From Tricharina praecox (taxonomy: Eukaryota), in NCBI RefSeq assembly GCF_024521635.1, contig NW_026250426.1, positions 372,001-436,000 on the forward strand: a DNA stretch of 64,000 bases. The letters run 5' to 3'. Position 1 is the first letter of the stretch. Every line of letters starts with the position of its first letter. Shown one piece after another: positions 1 to 9,907 of the stretch. Position numbers and translations under genes: made by a program. Below the pieces are notes generated by a model that saw only the letters and a program-made list of their open reading frames with translations, was not told the DNA's origin and did not search any database.

Positions 1-238
1 CCCCGGCGGCGAGCAGGAGCGGGAGTGAGGTGTCTGTGGGGTAGGAGGGCGGGTATAGCGGCAGTGCGGCGGCGGCGAGGAGACCGAGGAGGGTGGGGGT
101 TGTTGAGAGGGAGGGATGCAGGATGCCGTTGGTGAGGAGGGAGCTGCAGCCCAGGATTTGGGAGTTGCTGTGGAGCAGGGTGGTGGTGCTGAGGTGCAGT
201 AGCACCGCGCCGAGCGTGGTGGTTACCGGTGTAAACAT
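1..238 (-). CDS. 5' part of a YeeE/YedE-family (sulfur transporter-like) integral membrane protein; runs off the window start
   Basis: Not in the ORF track. ATG at 238 reads MFTPVTTTLGAVLLHLSTTTLLHSNSQILGCSSLL...LLLAAG, open to position 1. It resembles the MFTP..T.LGA.LL.....LL..NG.V.G.SS N-terminus of fungal YeeE/YedE proteins (recalled). Confidence 0.7.
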   Translation of the reverse strand, partial: MFTPVTTTLGAVLLHLSTTTLLHSNSQILGCSSLLTNGILHPSLSTTPTLLGLLAAAALPLYPPSYPTDTSLPLLLAAG

Positions 239-1096
239 CTTTGCGGTATGTGGATGTTGAAACAGACGGATATTTCGACGGATGGGGAGGTGGGACTGGA
301 TAGTACAGGACGGAAGAGGTTATGAATACATATAGCAGGTAGTGGAATCCGTAGTCCGTCGGATGGGGGAGCGGGGTGACGGCGGAATACCTAGGTAGAA
401 AGCCAGGCTTTCTTCGTCTCTTTTCCTATCTAAGCCCGTCACCACGGCCAGCCAGCCTTCGGGCATTCGTTTATACAGCATCTAGCCCACACAAATCCAC
501 ACATTTCAGTTGCATCTTCTCGGCCAATTTTCATCCAGGCGAGTTTATGGTTGGCTGCAGGGCCCCGATGCTGAAGTGGGCTGGAGGCTTGGAGTCAAAA
601 AGACACCGAAAATCCTCCGTTCCGTCGGATGCTGCAAGCACCGACCGGGTGGGGGGTTGTTACCGAGAGGACTAGAAATTCTTTTTGCCGGCTTCGACGG
701 ATCGTATGTACATAGTGAGACAGCAGCTTCGCGGACAAATAAAATTAGAGACGGATCTGGGAGAGATCTGGAAAGGAGACATCCGGATCGTACCTTTCTG
801 GTCGACATATGTATTCGGCGAGGCCCTGAAGATCTCATCCGATTCTGGGAGGAAATTCTACTTGAATGTGCCCGACAACCTGAGTGGAGATGGACCCTCA
901 ATTATCCATTGAGGTTCGACTCAATCCGTGCTCATTTTTGTGCCACCGAACTCTAAGTCCGAGTGACGCATAATCGAGCGGAAGTTACCGCAGGCATCGA
1001 AGCCTGAACGCCAGATTCACAAATCACGACACACCCCCCACGCCCCTCCGCAAATCTCGCCATCTCATCCCCACCACGACAGCAGCAGCAACACCA

Positions 1097-3523
1097 ATGG
1101 CCGACCCACCCAACGCACCCAACCCGCGCAAGCGTCCATCGCCACCAGGCAGCACACCGACCAGCACGCAGCCGGACCGCAAGCGAGCCCGCATCATCTC
1201 GTCGCGCACCATCATCACGCAGACCAACCTGCCCGAACTAAAGACCGGCCAGCTCAATGTCGCCGCCTTCGTCAAGTCGCGGAAGTTCGAGATCGCGGCG
1301 CTGCAGCGGTCCATGGCCACGGCAAAGACTGCGCTGAAGCAGCGCGCGTTCCAGAGCGTGCCCCGCGATATGCGCCGCAGAACCGCAAGCCACAATTCGA
1401 AGCGCGTGCCGAAGAAATTGAGGGACCGCGCCGAGAAGGAGATGAAGGAGGATAATACTCCTACGCATACGTTCCGGAAGAGGAAAAAGAGCGGACATGA
1501 TCGGTTGAGGGCGGAGACGGCGGAGAAGCTCAAGACGATGGCGAAGAAGAGAGAGGTTGTGGAGGGGTTGATTCACGCGGTGGAGGGGAAGGGAGGGGAG
1601 TTGGTGAAGCCCCCGAGGGCGCACTCTAAGTGGAGGAAACGGCAGAAGGGGAAAGTGTGGTTGCCAACGCATGTGTGGCATGCGAAGAGGGCGCATATGG
1701 AGATCAGATGGAGGTTTTCGGTGCCCGAGAGCCCGAACGATAAATGCTTCAGGAGTACGCAGCGCGCAGTGGAGAAGAGGGGGGGTGTTGCGTGGGATAC
1801 GAGTTACTGGAGTCACATACTCGTGAGGGGTGAGGGGGTGCTGGTGCGGATGGTGCTGGAGGCGGTGTTTCCTGGTGCTGGGGGGGATGCGAAGGTGCGC
1901 ATGGGGAAGAGGAGTAAGGAGTGCTGGGCCTATGAGCGAGGTGGATACCCCGATAAGCCTATCGGGCCTGTAACGGTAATCTGGAGCCCTGCTGAGGAGG
2001 AGGGAAAGGGCAGGAGGGTACTGGTCAGGGTCCACCCCTCGGCGTTCTACAAAGTTTGGGAGGAGCTTCTTTGCGCGATGCGGGCGCAAAACCCTACCGA
2101 GGGACTCCAGAAGGTGTTCATCGACGATATGAGGTTCGAATTGGGAAGCATCCAGATCTCTGGGCCCAATGCTACTGATGCCCTTCTCTCGATGCTTACG
2201 CCTACCAATCCAGATGGTGAAATCGAAAAGAACTGGATTAAGCTCAGAGGTCTGACCAACCCCGCTGCTCTTCCACCACAGGTGGCCTTTGGCTTCGAGA
2301 TTGCGGATCCGCGTCTTCGTTTTCCACCCCGCCTGGAGAAATCGAAACTCTCGCCTGAACAGCAACAGGCAGAGTTGTTCACTATGCAGTCAACTTGGCC
2401 GATTACTCCGAGACCATTTAACCTCCTCGATACGGAGAAGCGGGTGGTTGCTGTGAAGCTACAAGCCTCGGAAAAGCGCATCCAGAAGCGCAAGACAGAT
2501 GCAACACCAGGAACCTTCCCTGCCGCGATAGCGAACGATCCAAAGATCCCGATCATCCTCGTGTCTTCACAGCTAGCCGGAAACAACAGCGGAGCACCAA
2601 ACAAGATTCCAGGAGCCTGGACTGTGATCCTCCCCTGGAAATGGATGCAGCCCGTCTGGTACGCCCTCATGCACACCACCGAGCAGATCCGCTTCGGCGG
2701 TATCAAAGAGCTGCAGCACATGGCGTTCGACCACGGGCTCCCATGGTTCCCTGCCGACTTCCCGGGTACAGATGCCGGCAAGACGTGGGAAGACGAGCTG
2801 GCAGCGAAACGGAAGGAGACGTGGGATAAGAAGCCGCCGCAGAAACGGCTCAATTACGATGCTGTCAAGATATCCGGGAAGAAAGGAGAAATTGGTGACT
2901 GGAGCCGCTGCGACTGGGCTTACCTTGTTCCCGCGGCAGCCGGTAGCAGCACTCATAAGATGGACGTCGACATCCCCACCACATCTTCACTCCTCGCGCC
3001 AATTGATACAATGGCAACCGTAAGCACCGCACCACAATCGGAACCCACAGCCCCGCCCCAAAAATCCTGGTGGCAGATCCCCTCCGCGCTTGCCACAATA
3101 GCCCTCAAAACCTATCCCAGCCTCCCCGCGTCCCTCGATTCTGTCACGGAAGTCCTTGACAAAGGCATTTTCACTGTAAAAATCACATTCCTCCATCGCG
3201 GCGCACCTACTGCGTGTTCCAGAATCTATCGTCTCCCACACGCCGACACCACATGGAAATCACTTGCCGCCAACATCAAGGCGAAGAAGGGGGATAACGT
3301 CGTCGAGGCTGGGAAGGAGGGGTACCCGCAGTGTCCTAGCGAAGAGGACCTGGTAGGCTTCGTTACCACTGGGAATTATAGTCTGACGACGGGACAATCG
3401 GTGGCTCTTGGTGGGATTGTGTGGGGCGCGTGGTTTGAGGATGAGCGTAGTAAGGAAAGACTTTGTGTTGTGAGAGGCGTGGGAGAGACTGTGGGGAGGC
3501 TGGCGAGGTGGGAGGTTGTGTAG
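1097..3523 (+). CDS. POP1: RNase P/MRP subunit Pop1 (808 aa, intronless)
   Basis: POP1 motifs RAFQSVPRDMRRRTASHN, WLPTHVWHAKRAHM, WFPADFPGT (POPLD) and GFVTTGNYSL. Confidence 0.96.
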   Translation: MADPPNAPNPRKRPSPPGSTPTSTQPDRKRARIISSRTIITQTNLPELKTGQLNVAAFVKSRKFEIAALQRSMATAKTALKQRAFQSVPRDMRRRTASHNSKRVPKKLRDRAEKEMKEDNTPTHTFRKRKKSGHDRLRAETAEKLKTMAKKREVVEGLIHAVEGKGGELVKPPRAHSKWRKRQKGKVWLPTHVWHAKRAHMEIRWRFSVPESPNDKCFRSTQRAVEKRGGVAWDTSYWSHILVRGEGVLVRMVLEAVFPGAGGDAKVRMGKRSKECWAYERGGYPDKPIGPVTVIWSPAEEEGKGRRVLVRVHPSAFYKVWEELLCAMRAQNPTEGLQKVFIDDMRFELGSIQISGPNATDALLSMLTPTNPDGEIEKNWIKLRGLTNPAALPPQVAFGFEIADPRLRFPPRLEKSKLSPEQQQAELFTMQSTWPITPRPFNLLDTEKRVVAVKLQASEKRIQKRKTDATPGTFPAAIANDPKIPIILVSSQLAGNNSGAPNKIPGAWTVILPWKWMQPVWYALMHTTEQIRFGGIKELQHMAFDHGLPWFPADFPGTDAGKTWEDELAAKRKETWDKKPPQKRLNYDAVKISGKKGEIGDWSRCDWAYLVPAAAGSSTHKMDVDIPTTSSLLAPIDTMATVSTAPQSEPTAPPQKSWWQIPSALATIALKTYPSLPASLDSVTEVLDKGIFTVKITFLHRGAPTACSRIYRLPHADTTWKSLAANIKAKKGDNVVEAGKEGYPQCPSEEDLVGFVTTGNYSLTTGQSVALGGIVWGAWFEDERSKERLCVVRGVGETVGRLARWEVV

Positions 3524-3859
3524 TTGGGTTGGAGTTTGTTGTGTATCTATCATATATAGAGCAAATGAAATATCACGGGTAATGGACGGAAGGGATAATT
3601 GTCTGAAAGTGCAGCTTGCAGAAGTGATCAGTTTCCAGCACGAGTGATTCATCTGAAGCTAGTATCTCCACGACTCACGATTCAAACTATGCCTCTATAA
3701 TTCATTGTACGGTATCGATTTTACTGCCTCGTGTGCTCCTCACCCATAATGAACCAGCGCATGAGCCTTACTCTTTTCTGTATGGATCGAGTAAGCCTCA
3801 CTGCTCGTGCTGTCCAACTGACAGTGCATAGTGGTCTAAGTGCATGTCATCGACAATCG

Positions 3860-3932
3860 GCTCTGGTGGCCAAGCTGGTAAGGCGCGTCACTAGTAATGA
3901 CGAGATCCTCGGTTCAACTCCGAGTCAGAGCA
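3860..3932 (+). tRNA. tRNA-Thr (AGT)
   Basis: Cloverleaf: GCTCTGG/TCAGAGC acceptor, CGTCA-CT-AGT-AA-TGACG anticodon arm, CTCGG-TTCAACT-CCGAG T arm; T-tract downstream. Confidence 0.96.
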
Positions 3933-4114
3933 TCCTTTTGTCTTTTTGGGACTCTGGACACCTCCGTTGATCTCCATTGCTTTAATATTTTATTTTATTC
4001 TCCATCCATGTAACTCCAAAACCCTAAGAAATCACTACCAGACAACGAGATGTCGCAAAACAAAGAGATTGTTGAAAGAGGCGAAGGTTCGTGAGTTGGG
4101 TATTACTCTACATA

Positions 4115-6099
4115 CTACCAGATATTGACGGGTATATAGACCCTCGCTGACCCGCCGCCGCGCCTCTTGACAGTTCCTGCTGCAGAAGGCGCGTACGAAG
4201 CGGTAACATTCGCTGCCGGAGGAATCCCCTTCGTAGCAGCGATCACCGCCTGAGTGCCCAACCCGAGGATCTCAAACGGCACACACTTGTCGAGCTTAAA
4301 CAGCTCGTGAGTCGCGAGTGACTTCTCAACGAGTCTCCCACCGATACCGGCAAGTTGCCCCGTGACTCCGGCGACCACATTCAGCACACCAGTGACGCCA
4401 AACTTTGCGCCGGTCTTCTCCTGGGCGCCACCACCGCACACGCCGTTCCCCTCGGCGTCGAACTCGAGCTTGGCGGCGGCATTGATCTGCGGAAGCCCGA
4501 ATTTTATGTCCACGCTGAGCTCGCCGACGGACGACACCTCGGCCTTGAACGCCAGCTTGGGCCGAAAGAAGATGGCCGCGTCGATGCTCGCCGTGGCATT
4601 GTTGATCGTCAGGATTGGCTCCGCCTTGGCCCCTTCGAAGCCCGTGGCCGTGCTCTTCTCCAGATCGATGATGTTGAGATCCAGCCGCGCGGTGTCGGGC
4701 AGCGAGCCAGTGAGGCCCACGGTAAAGCCCACCGTGCCCTTGAATCCCATCGTAAACCCCGTCTCGACACTGGCGACCAGGCCGAGTGAGAAAATCTGCG
4801 GGACCACCAGGCCGGCGCCTGGAACCGGGATCTCGATCAGGTCCGTGGAGGCGTCGAGCTTGAAGAGGTCTAGGGCTTGGGTGCCACTGGTGACGCTGTT
4901 GAGCTCCTCGGGCGAGTAGGTCGCGGTCACGGTGGTTTCGATTTCGGCGGTCGCGGAAAAGCCGCTGGGTGCGATGCTAAGAGAAAGGTCGACGATCTTG
5001 AAGTCTTCGACTTTGAGTGTACCCTGCATCTTGAATTTTCCTTTGACGAAGCAGTTGGCACAGTCGATTACTAGACGGGGTGGTCTGGATTTGTTAGCTG
5101 TGAATGGGACGGAGCAGATGGAGATACGTACGTGAATGGCTCGGTGAAGATATTCTTCTTGACACCTTCCTCACCACCGGTGACATCGAACTCAATCGCC
5201 TTCGAAAAGTCCGCATCGCCGATCTCCTTGAAGACCTCGCCCACATCTTTCCCGACCTCCTTGACATCATCGACCAGATCCTTTGCACCATCCTTAACGT
5301 CATCGACGAGATCCTTCGCGCCGTCCTTAACGTCCTCAACCAGATCTTTCGCCCCGTCTTTGACATCCTCAACAACATCCTTCACCTTGTCCCCCACCCC
5401 ATTCCAAAAATCTTTCCACCCACGGATCCTCAGCTTCTTCTCCGCAACCGGCTGCAGAGTGGCCTTGCCAAAGTCCATGCTATACGTTCCAGTGATATCC
5501 TTCCACGGCGCCACCACAGCCGACAGCTTCGTCTTCAGCGCCGCCTCGTCGGTATCCACATCCGTGATGCTACAAAGTTACGGCACAACCATCAGCCCAA
5601 CCCACTTGAACCTTCCAGCACAAAAGGTCACTCACCGATACGCGACCCTCTCCGCCTCAGGCCCACAGCCATCATGATTTACCACCAGCAAAAATTGCAT
5701 AGTAGCCTCCTCATTGACCCACGCCCACTCCTGAAGGGCCTGATCATACGCCTCCCTAGAATTCCAGGTGACACTCAGCTCGCCATCCGTCTCGCCCGAG
5801 CAGTCCACGGCGGCAGCCAGCCCCTCCAGCCGCTCCATCATGACGATCGGCATGCCCGACGGCGCCACCAGCGTCATGTTGGCCAGCAGCAGCTGTCCGT
5901 TGGCGCCCGGCGAGCCGTACACAAGCTGTGCTTGCTCAGTAGGCGCGAGGTCCGCGAACTGCGCTGAGTCAGTGCGCCGTGTGAGTGGCTCGCCGGAGAT
6001 GGCGGATTCGAAGGCCAGGACGTTGATCGGTCGGAGGACCCGGATGGATGCGAACGCCGGCGTTGCGGCCAGAAGGCTAAAGACGATGGTCCACCGCAT
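4115..6099 (-). CDS. Secreted beta-rich fungal protein of unknown function; 3 exons (6099-5636, 5569-5132, 5084-4115)
   Basis: Signal peptide MRWTIVFSLLAATPAFAS. GT-AG introns with branch points join three ORFs in frame and give a C-x-N-C motif (IDCANCFVKG). Contains an internal 11-aa repeat. Confidence 0.8.
5218..5382 (-). repeat. Coding tandem repeat, 5 x 33 bp (11 aa; KDLVEDVKDGA-type)
   Basis: KDVVEDVKDGA KDLVEDVKDGA KDLVDDVKDGA KDLVDDVKEVG KDVGEVFKEIG read directly in exon 2. Confidence 0.9.
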
Positions 6100-7301
6100 C
6101 TTGGATATGTATACTATTATATCACCTGGATATAACGGGGGGAATAGAACGAATGAATAAATGAATAAACGGCAAAGAGCGACCAGCAATCAAGCAAGCA
6201 AAGGAGCGTAGAACAGAACAAGATGCTATCAAAACACCTTCCACAGAAGCAGACCACGACGAAAGAATGGCGATCAGGTGCCGGGGCAAAAAATATGGCG
6301 ATACCGGAGCACTATATACACACCTATACACCCTCCACCCTTCCCCCTCCTTCGCCACAGCCCCCCCGTCTCCCTTTAGAGTACATAGAGTTGGTACCGG
6401 TATCAAGGGTGACCCGTCTGTCCAATACGAAATACGAGTTGACGTTCCCGCGTGGAGCGTGGATCCAGCCTCAACCACCCATGGGTATTTTTTGGTTCGC
6501 AATCTTCAACCCCTCTCGCTGTCGTCCCCGCAGCCTGCCTGGCATCCCCCCCATCCCTCCCCTTAGACTAGGAATGTCCGTAGCGTGTATCAAAGCCACT
6601 CCTCGACAACCCCAGGATGCGCCACGATTGGTCCCGCCGGCTAACGCTTTACCTTCCCCCTCCCCATCCCCCGACCTCGACCCCCGGCAGGCACGCAGAG
6701 TTCTCATTCGGTTGGACACATGTCCGCGACCTCGGGTTCCCTCCGTGCGTGCACTGCAGGCCGTAAAGTCGCCAGGATTTATAGAGTACTCAATATTGTA
6801 TTATACATAGCCGGAACGGGGGTGGCGACCTAGCGGGTGGCCACTGGCAAGGCGGATGTGTAGGCGTTGTCGTTGAGAACATGAGGTGAGTCAAGAGTAC
6901 CTAGGGCATGCGCTGATAGCTACAAGCGCACTCTTCCCCTTCCAACGACTTTAACAGCACCCCTGCATCGGCGTTTCATGCGTCTCGTCCAATAATAACC
7001 GCTGCGTGGTTACTGGTTGCAAAATGAAACAGTACCAATAACTTTCTATGTACATAGAGTACATATGGCACAGGAAGACTCGAGTACGGATTTCCCGGTT
7101 GCGAACTTCGTGTTCTACATACCAGGTAGGAAGTACCCAGGATATGGACCCTGACGTGAGTGAGATCCTGTGGGTTCAGATCTTCAACTGTGAATTCATA
7201 GTATATGATTCGTTTCGCGCCGCATCTACCTATCGTACAATCCACCACCCAAAAGCAAAACGCCAGCCTCAGCCATCAGCCATCAGCCATCAACCTACAA
7301 C

Positions 7302-8387
7302 CTACAACTCCGTCTTCCTCCCCTCAGCACACCCCACCGTCGCCGTCAGAGCCTTCAGCGCACTCAGTATCTTCTCGCGCTCATCGACCTCCGCATCCTT
7401 AGTCCCGGCCAACCCCTCCTGAAACACCGCACACAGCGGCATCAACTCCTGTAGCCTCTCGGTCTCCTTCACCGCCTCGCCATCCACGCGCATATCCGCA
7501 TTCAAAAATGCATCCTCGATGACCGTGGCGATCCTGCCCATTACCGCCGGTCCGGCGCGGGTAAACACATGTACCACTACGCCGACGCCGCGTTCGGATA
7601 AGAAATCGGCACGGACAGAGGAGTCGCGCAGGATCTGGCCAAGCAGGAAAAGCAGCCTTTTCATCACATTTTCCTCACTCTCTCCTTCCAGCGCGGTAAG
7701 GACGGTGTGTGCCAGCGGGTGTACAGCGGCGCTGGAGAGGGCTTTGGGATTGTTTGAGACCGCACTGCCGAGGACCAATGCGGCCATCGCGCGGTGGGGG
7801 GAATTATTCTCGAGGAGGCCGAGCAGCGCGGGCACAACGCCGGTGTGCGAGGTCAACTGCGCCCCCCAATAGGCTTCGTGCGCGATCTCCGAGAGTTCCT
7901 CCAGCGCCTTCGTCAGCTCTGCAGCACCGGCCGCGGGGGGGAGTAGCGTGGCGACCGACTCGCCAAAGACCCCCGAGTCCGTGGTCGAGTCCTTCGGCGG
8001 CTTGATGTTCTGCTTTCCCAGCGGCTGCTCCCGTGGAGCACCCTGCGGCAGCTCTGCTATTATCGCCTCCTCCTCCTCTGCAGACGGGACGACAATGACT
8101 GCTTCGTGCTCGGCATCCGCCTCGCTGGGAACATTGATCTTCGCCTCCCGCTCGCCAGTGGCCACGTTCATACGGATGTGCAGGCCGGTCGGGATCTCCT
8201 GGTCGGATTTTATCACAGCGAACTCGTGCGTCGGAACGAAAACTCGCGGGTAGCAGGTGTCGCCATGGCAGATCTGTTCGGTGCTCGCTTCACTACCCCG
8301 GGCGGCAAAGCGGAGGGGTGGAAGCTCGCTTGCGTGGGCGAGGAGCGGGAGGATGAGCAGGAGGATAGCGTGGGGTGTGAGGTTCAT
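7302..8387 (-). CDS. SIL1: ER nucleotide exchange factor Sil1 (BiP/Kar2 co-chaperone)
   Basis: Signal peptide from ATG 8387; Sil1 N-terminal motif CYPRVFVPTHEF..I..DQEIPTGLHIRMN..TGEREAK; GSAVSNNPKA armadillo motif; C-terminal KTEL ER-retention-like signal. Confidence 0.92.
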   Translation of the reverse strand: MNLTPHAILLLILPLLAHASELPPLRFAARGSEASTEQICHGDTCYPRVFVPTHEFAVIKSDQEIPTGLHIRMNVATGEREAKINVPSEADAEHEAVIVVPSAEEEEAIIAELPQGAPREQPLGKQNIKPPKDSTTDSGVFGESVATLLPPAAGAAELTKALEELSEIAHEAYWGAQLTSHTGVVPALLGLLENNSPHRAMAALVLGSAVSNNPKALSSAAVHPLAHTVLTALEGESEENVMKRLLFLLGQILRDSSVRADFLSERGVGVVVHVFTRAGPAVMGRIATVIEDAFLNADMRVDGEAVKETERLQELMPLCAVFQEGLAGTKDAEVDEREKILSALKALTATVGCAEGRKTEL

Positions 8388-8640
8388 GGTTGTGCTGTAG
8401 TTGCGAAGTTGTGGGGAAAGACATCGTGGCGTTTCTGGGGGGGTATATAACACCGAGCGACCTTCAAAATGCCAGATAGCTTTAACTCTCCCGTGTGTGT
8501 GTAACTAGCGTAGTCGGCCTGTTACCCCTGGTCTCGCCAAGCCCCCGGACCCGGGTTATGTAACCAAGTAACCTACGACGACGACATCGAATAGCAGCGA
8601 CACCCCTCCCCTCCCCGGCGATACCTCCAACACACGCAAC

Positions 8641-9226
8641 ATGCCCATCCTCCTCCGCAGCGCCCGCCTCGCCGGCCGGCGATTCGCCTCCACGCACTCG
8701 CACGACCACCACCACGTACCGACCATGCAGCCGACGCCCGAAGGCACCCCCCTCCCCCCACCACCCCCGCCCACCCATCACTCATCTAACCTCATCCAGG
8801 CTTCGGCAAAGGCTTCTTCCTCTCGATCGCGTCGGTGATCGGGGTGCTGGCCATAATCAAAGCGGACACGTCCGGCGACCAACCGGCGTTCATAACGCGG
8901 CTGATCGACCGCTACCACAGCCGCACCGAGGTGTGGGCGGCGCGCAACCTGGCGCACACCGACATACTCGTCCAGGCCGCCGAGGACCGCATGCTCTTCC
9001 AGGACTCGCCCTCAAAGAGGAGGGTCGCTATCAAGAACCCGGAGTGAGTGGGGATATCCAGAAGGGGGGAGGGTTAAGTGCTGATAAGGGAATTCGTTAC
9101 AGGACCTTGAATGCGGGCTCGCCCTGGAATAATGAGGCTGGCCGTGGATATGGTGGGGATTTGAAGACTACACGTATGCACCTCGAGGCGCTGAGGGAGA
9201 AGCACGCCGAGAGCTTTAGGAAGTAG
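8641..9226 (+). CDS. Mitochondrial complex I accessory subunit, 17.8 kDa type (fungal); 3 exons (8641-8743, 8800-9043, 9104-9226)
   Basis: Arg-rich targeting peptide, His-rich linker, TM after EGFGKGFF, then motifs W..RN..HT....QAAEDR.LF and N.GSPWN..AG. Exon 1 needs a GC donor (see findings). Confidence 0.8.
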
Positions 9227-9907
9227 ACTTGCTGCTCTGCTTTGCAGTGAGCATTGTCTTGTGGGTGAGAGGAAGTGGAGGGGTGGACAATAGACGAAGA
9301 TTCTGTACAGGAGGTGGTGGCAGTGTGATGAGTACATGTTGTCAGCCGCCTCAACCAATGTCCACTCGTGACTATATTGTCCCGTCCCTCTGTGAAGCTA
9401 AAGCACATCCCATAGAGTCGACAAAGCGTGGAAAGAGTGATCTGAAGCTCCTGGTAACCCCGCACATAGCTAGGTACTTGCACGTCACAGAACAGAAATC
9501 ATCACTGGAAATATCATCGGGGGAAACGTCGTCCATTTGGTTATTAAAACTTCGTCACAAACACTCCTAATTTCATATCCTTTTAATCCCTCCCGTACCC
9601 CTCCACAGCATCCAGATTTCCGTTTCCTATCCAGGTCGCAGTTATCCAGCCCCACTCCTTCTACAATTGTAAAAGAAAAAAGACAATTGCCAACAAATGC
9701 AAGGTTAAGAAGCCCATAGACGAGACCTCTTTTCACTCTTCAAGATATCATACACCAACACAAGATTTTCAATCAGCAAGGAAGAATTAACAAGCATCTG
9801 AAGAAAAAAGAAAAGAAAAAAAGAAAAGAGGAGTTGAGCCTCGGAGAAAAAAGAAAACGTTGAACGATTCATCAGACAATATCTGGTAGCAGGCATAGGT
9901 TAGACTG

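Noticed and set aside
240..1096. Possible RNase P/MRP RNA next to POP1
   Set aside because: Only a partial GGAAATTC-like match at about 851; I could not find the paired CR-I/CR-V (P4) elements by eye.
6223..6810. 195-aa Pro-rich ORF
   Set aside because: Lies in the C-rich promoter region of the secreted-protein gene; no domain or coding-like composition recognised.
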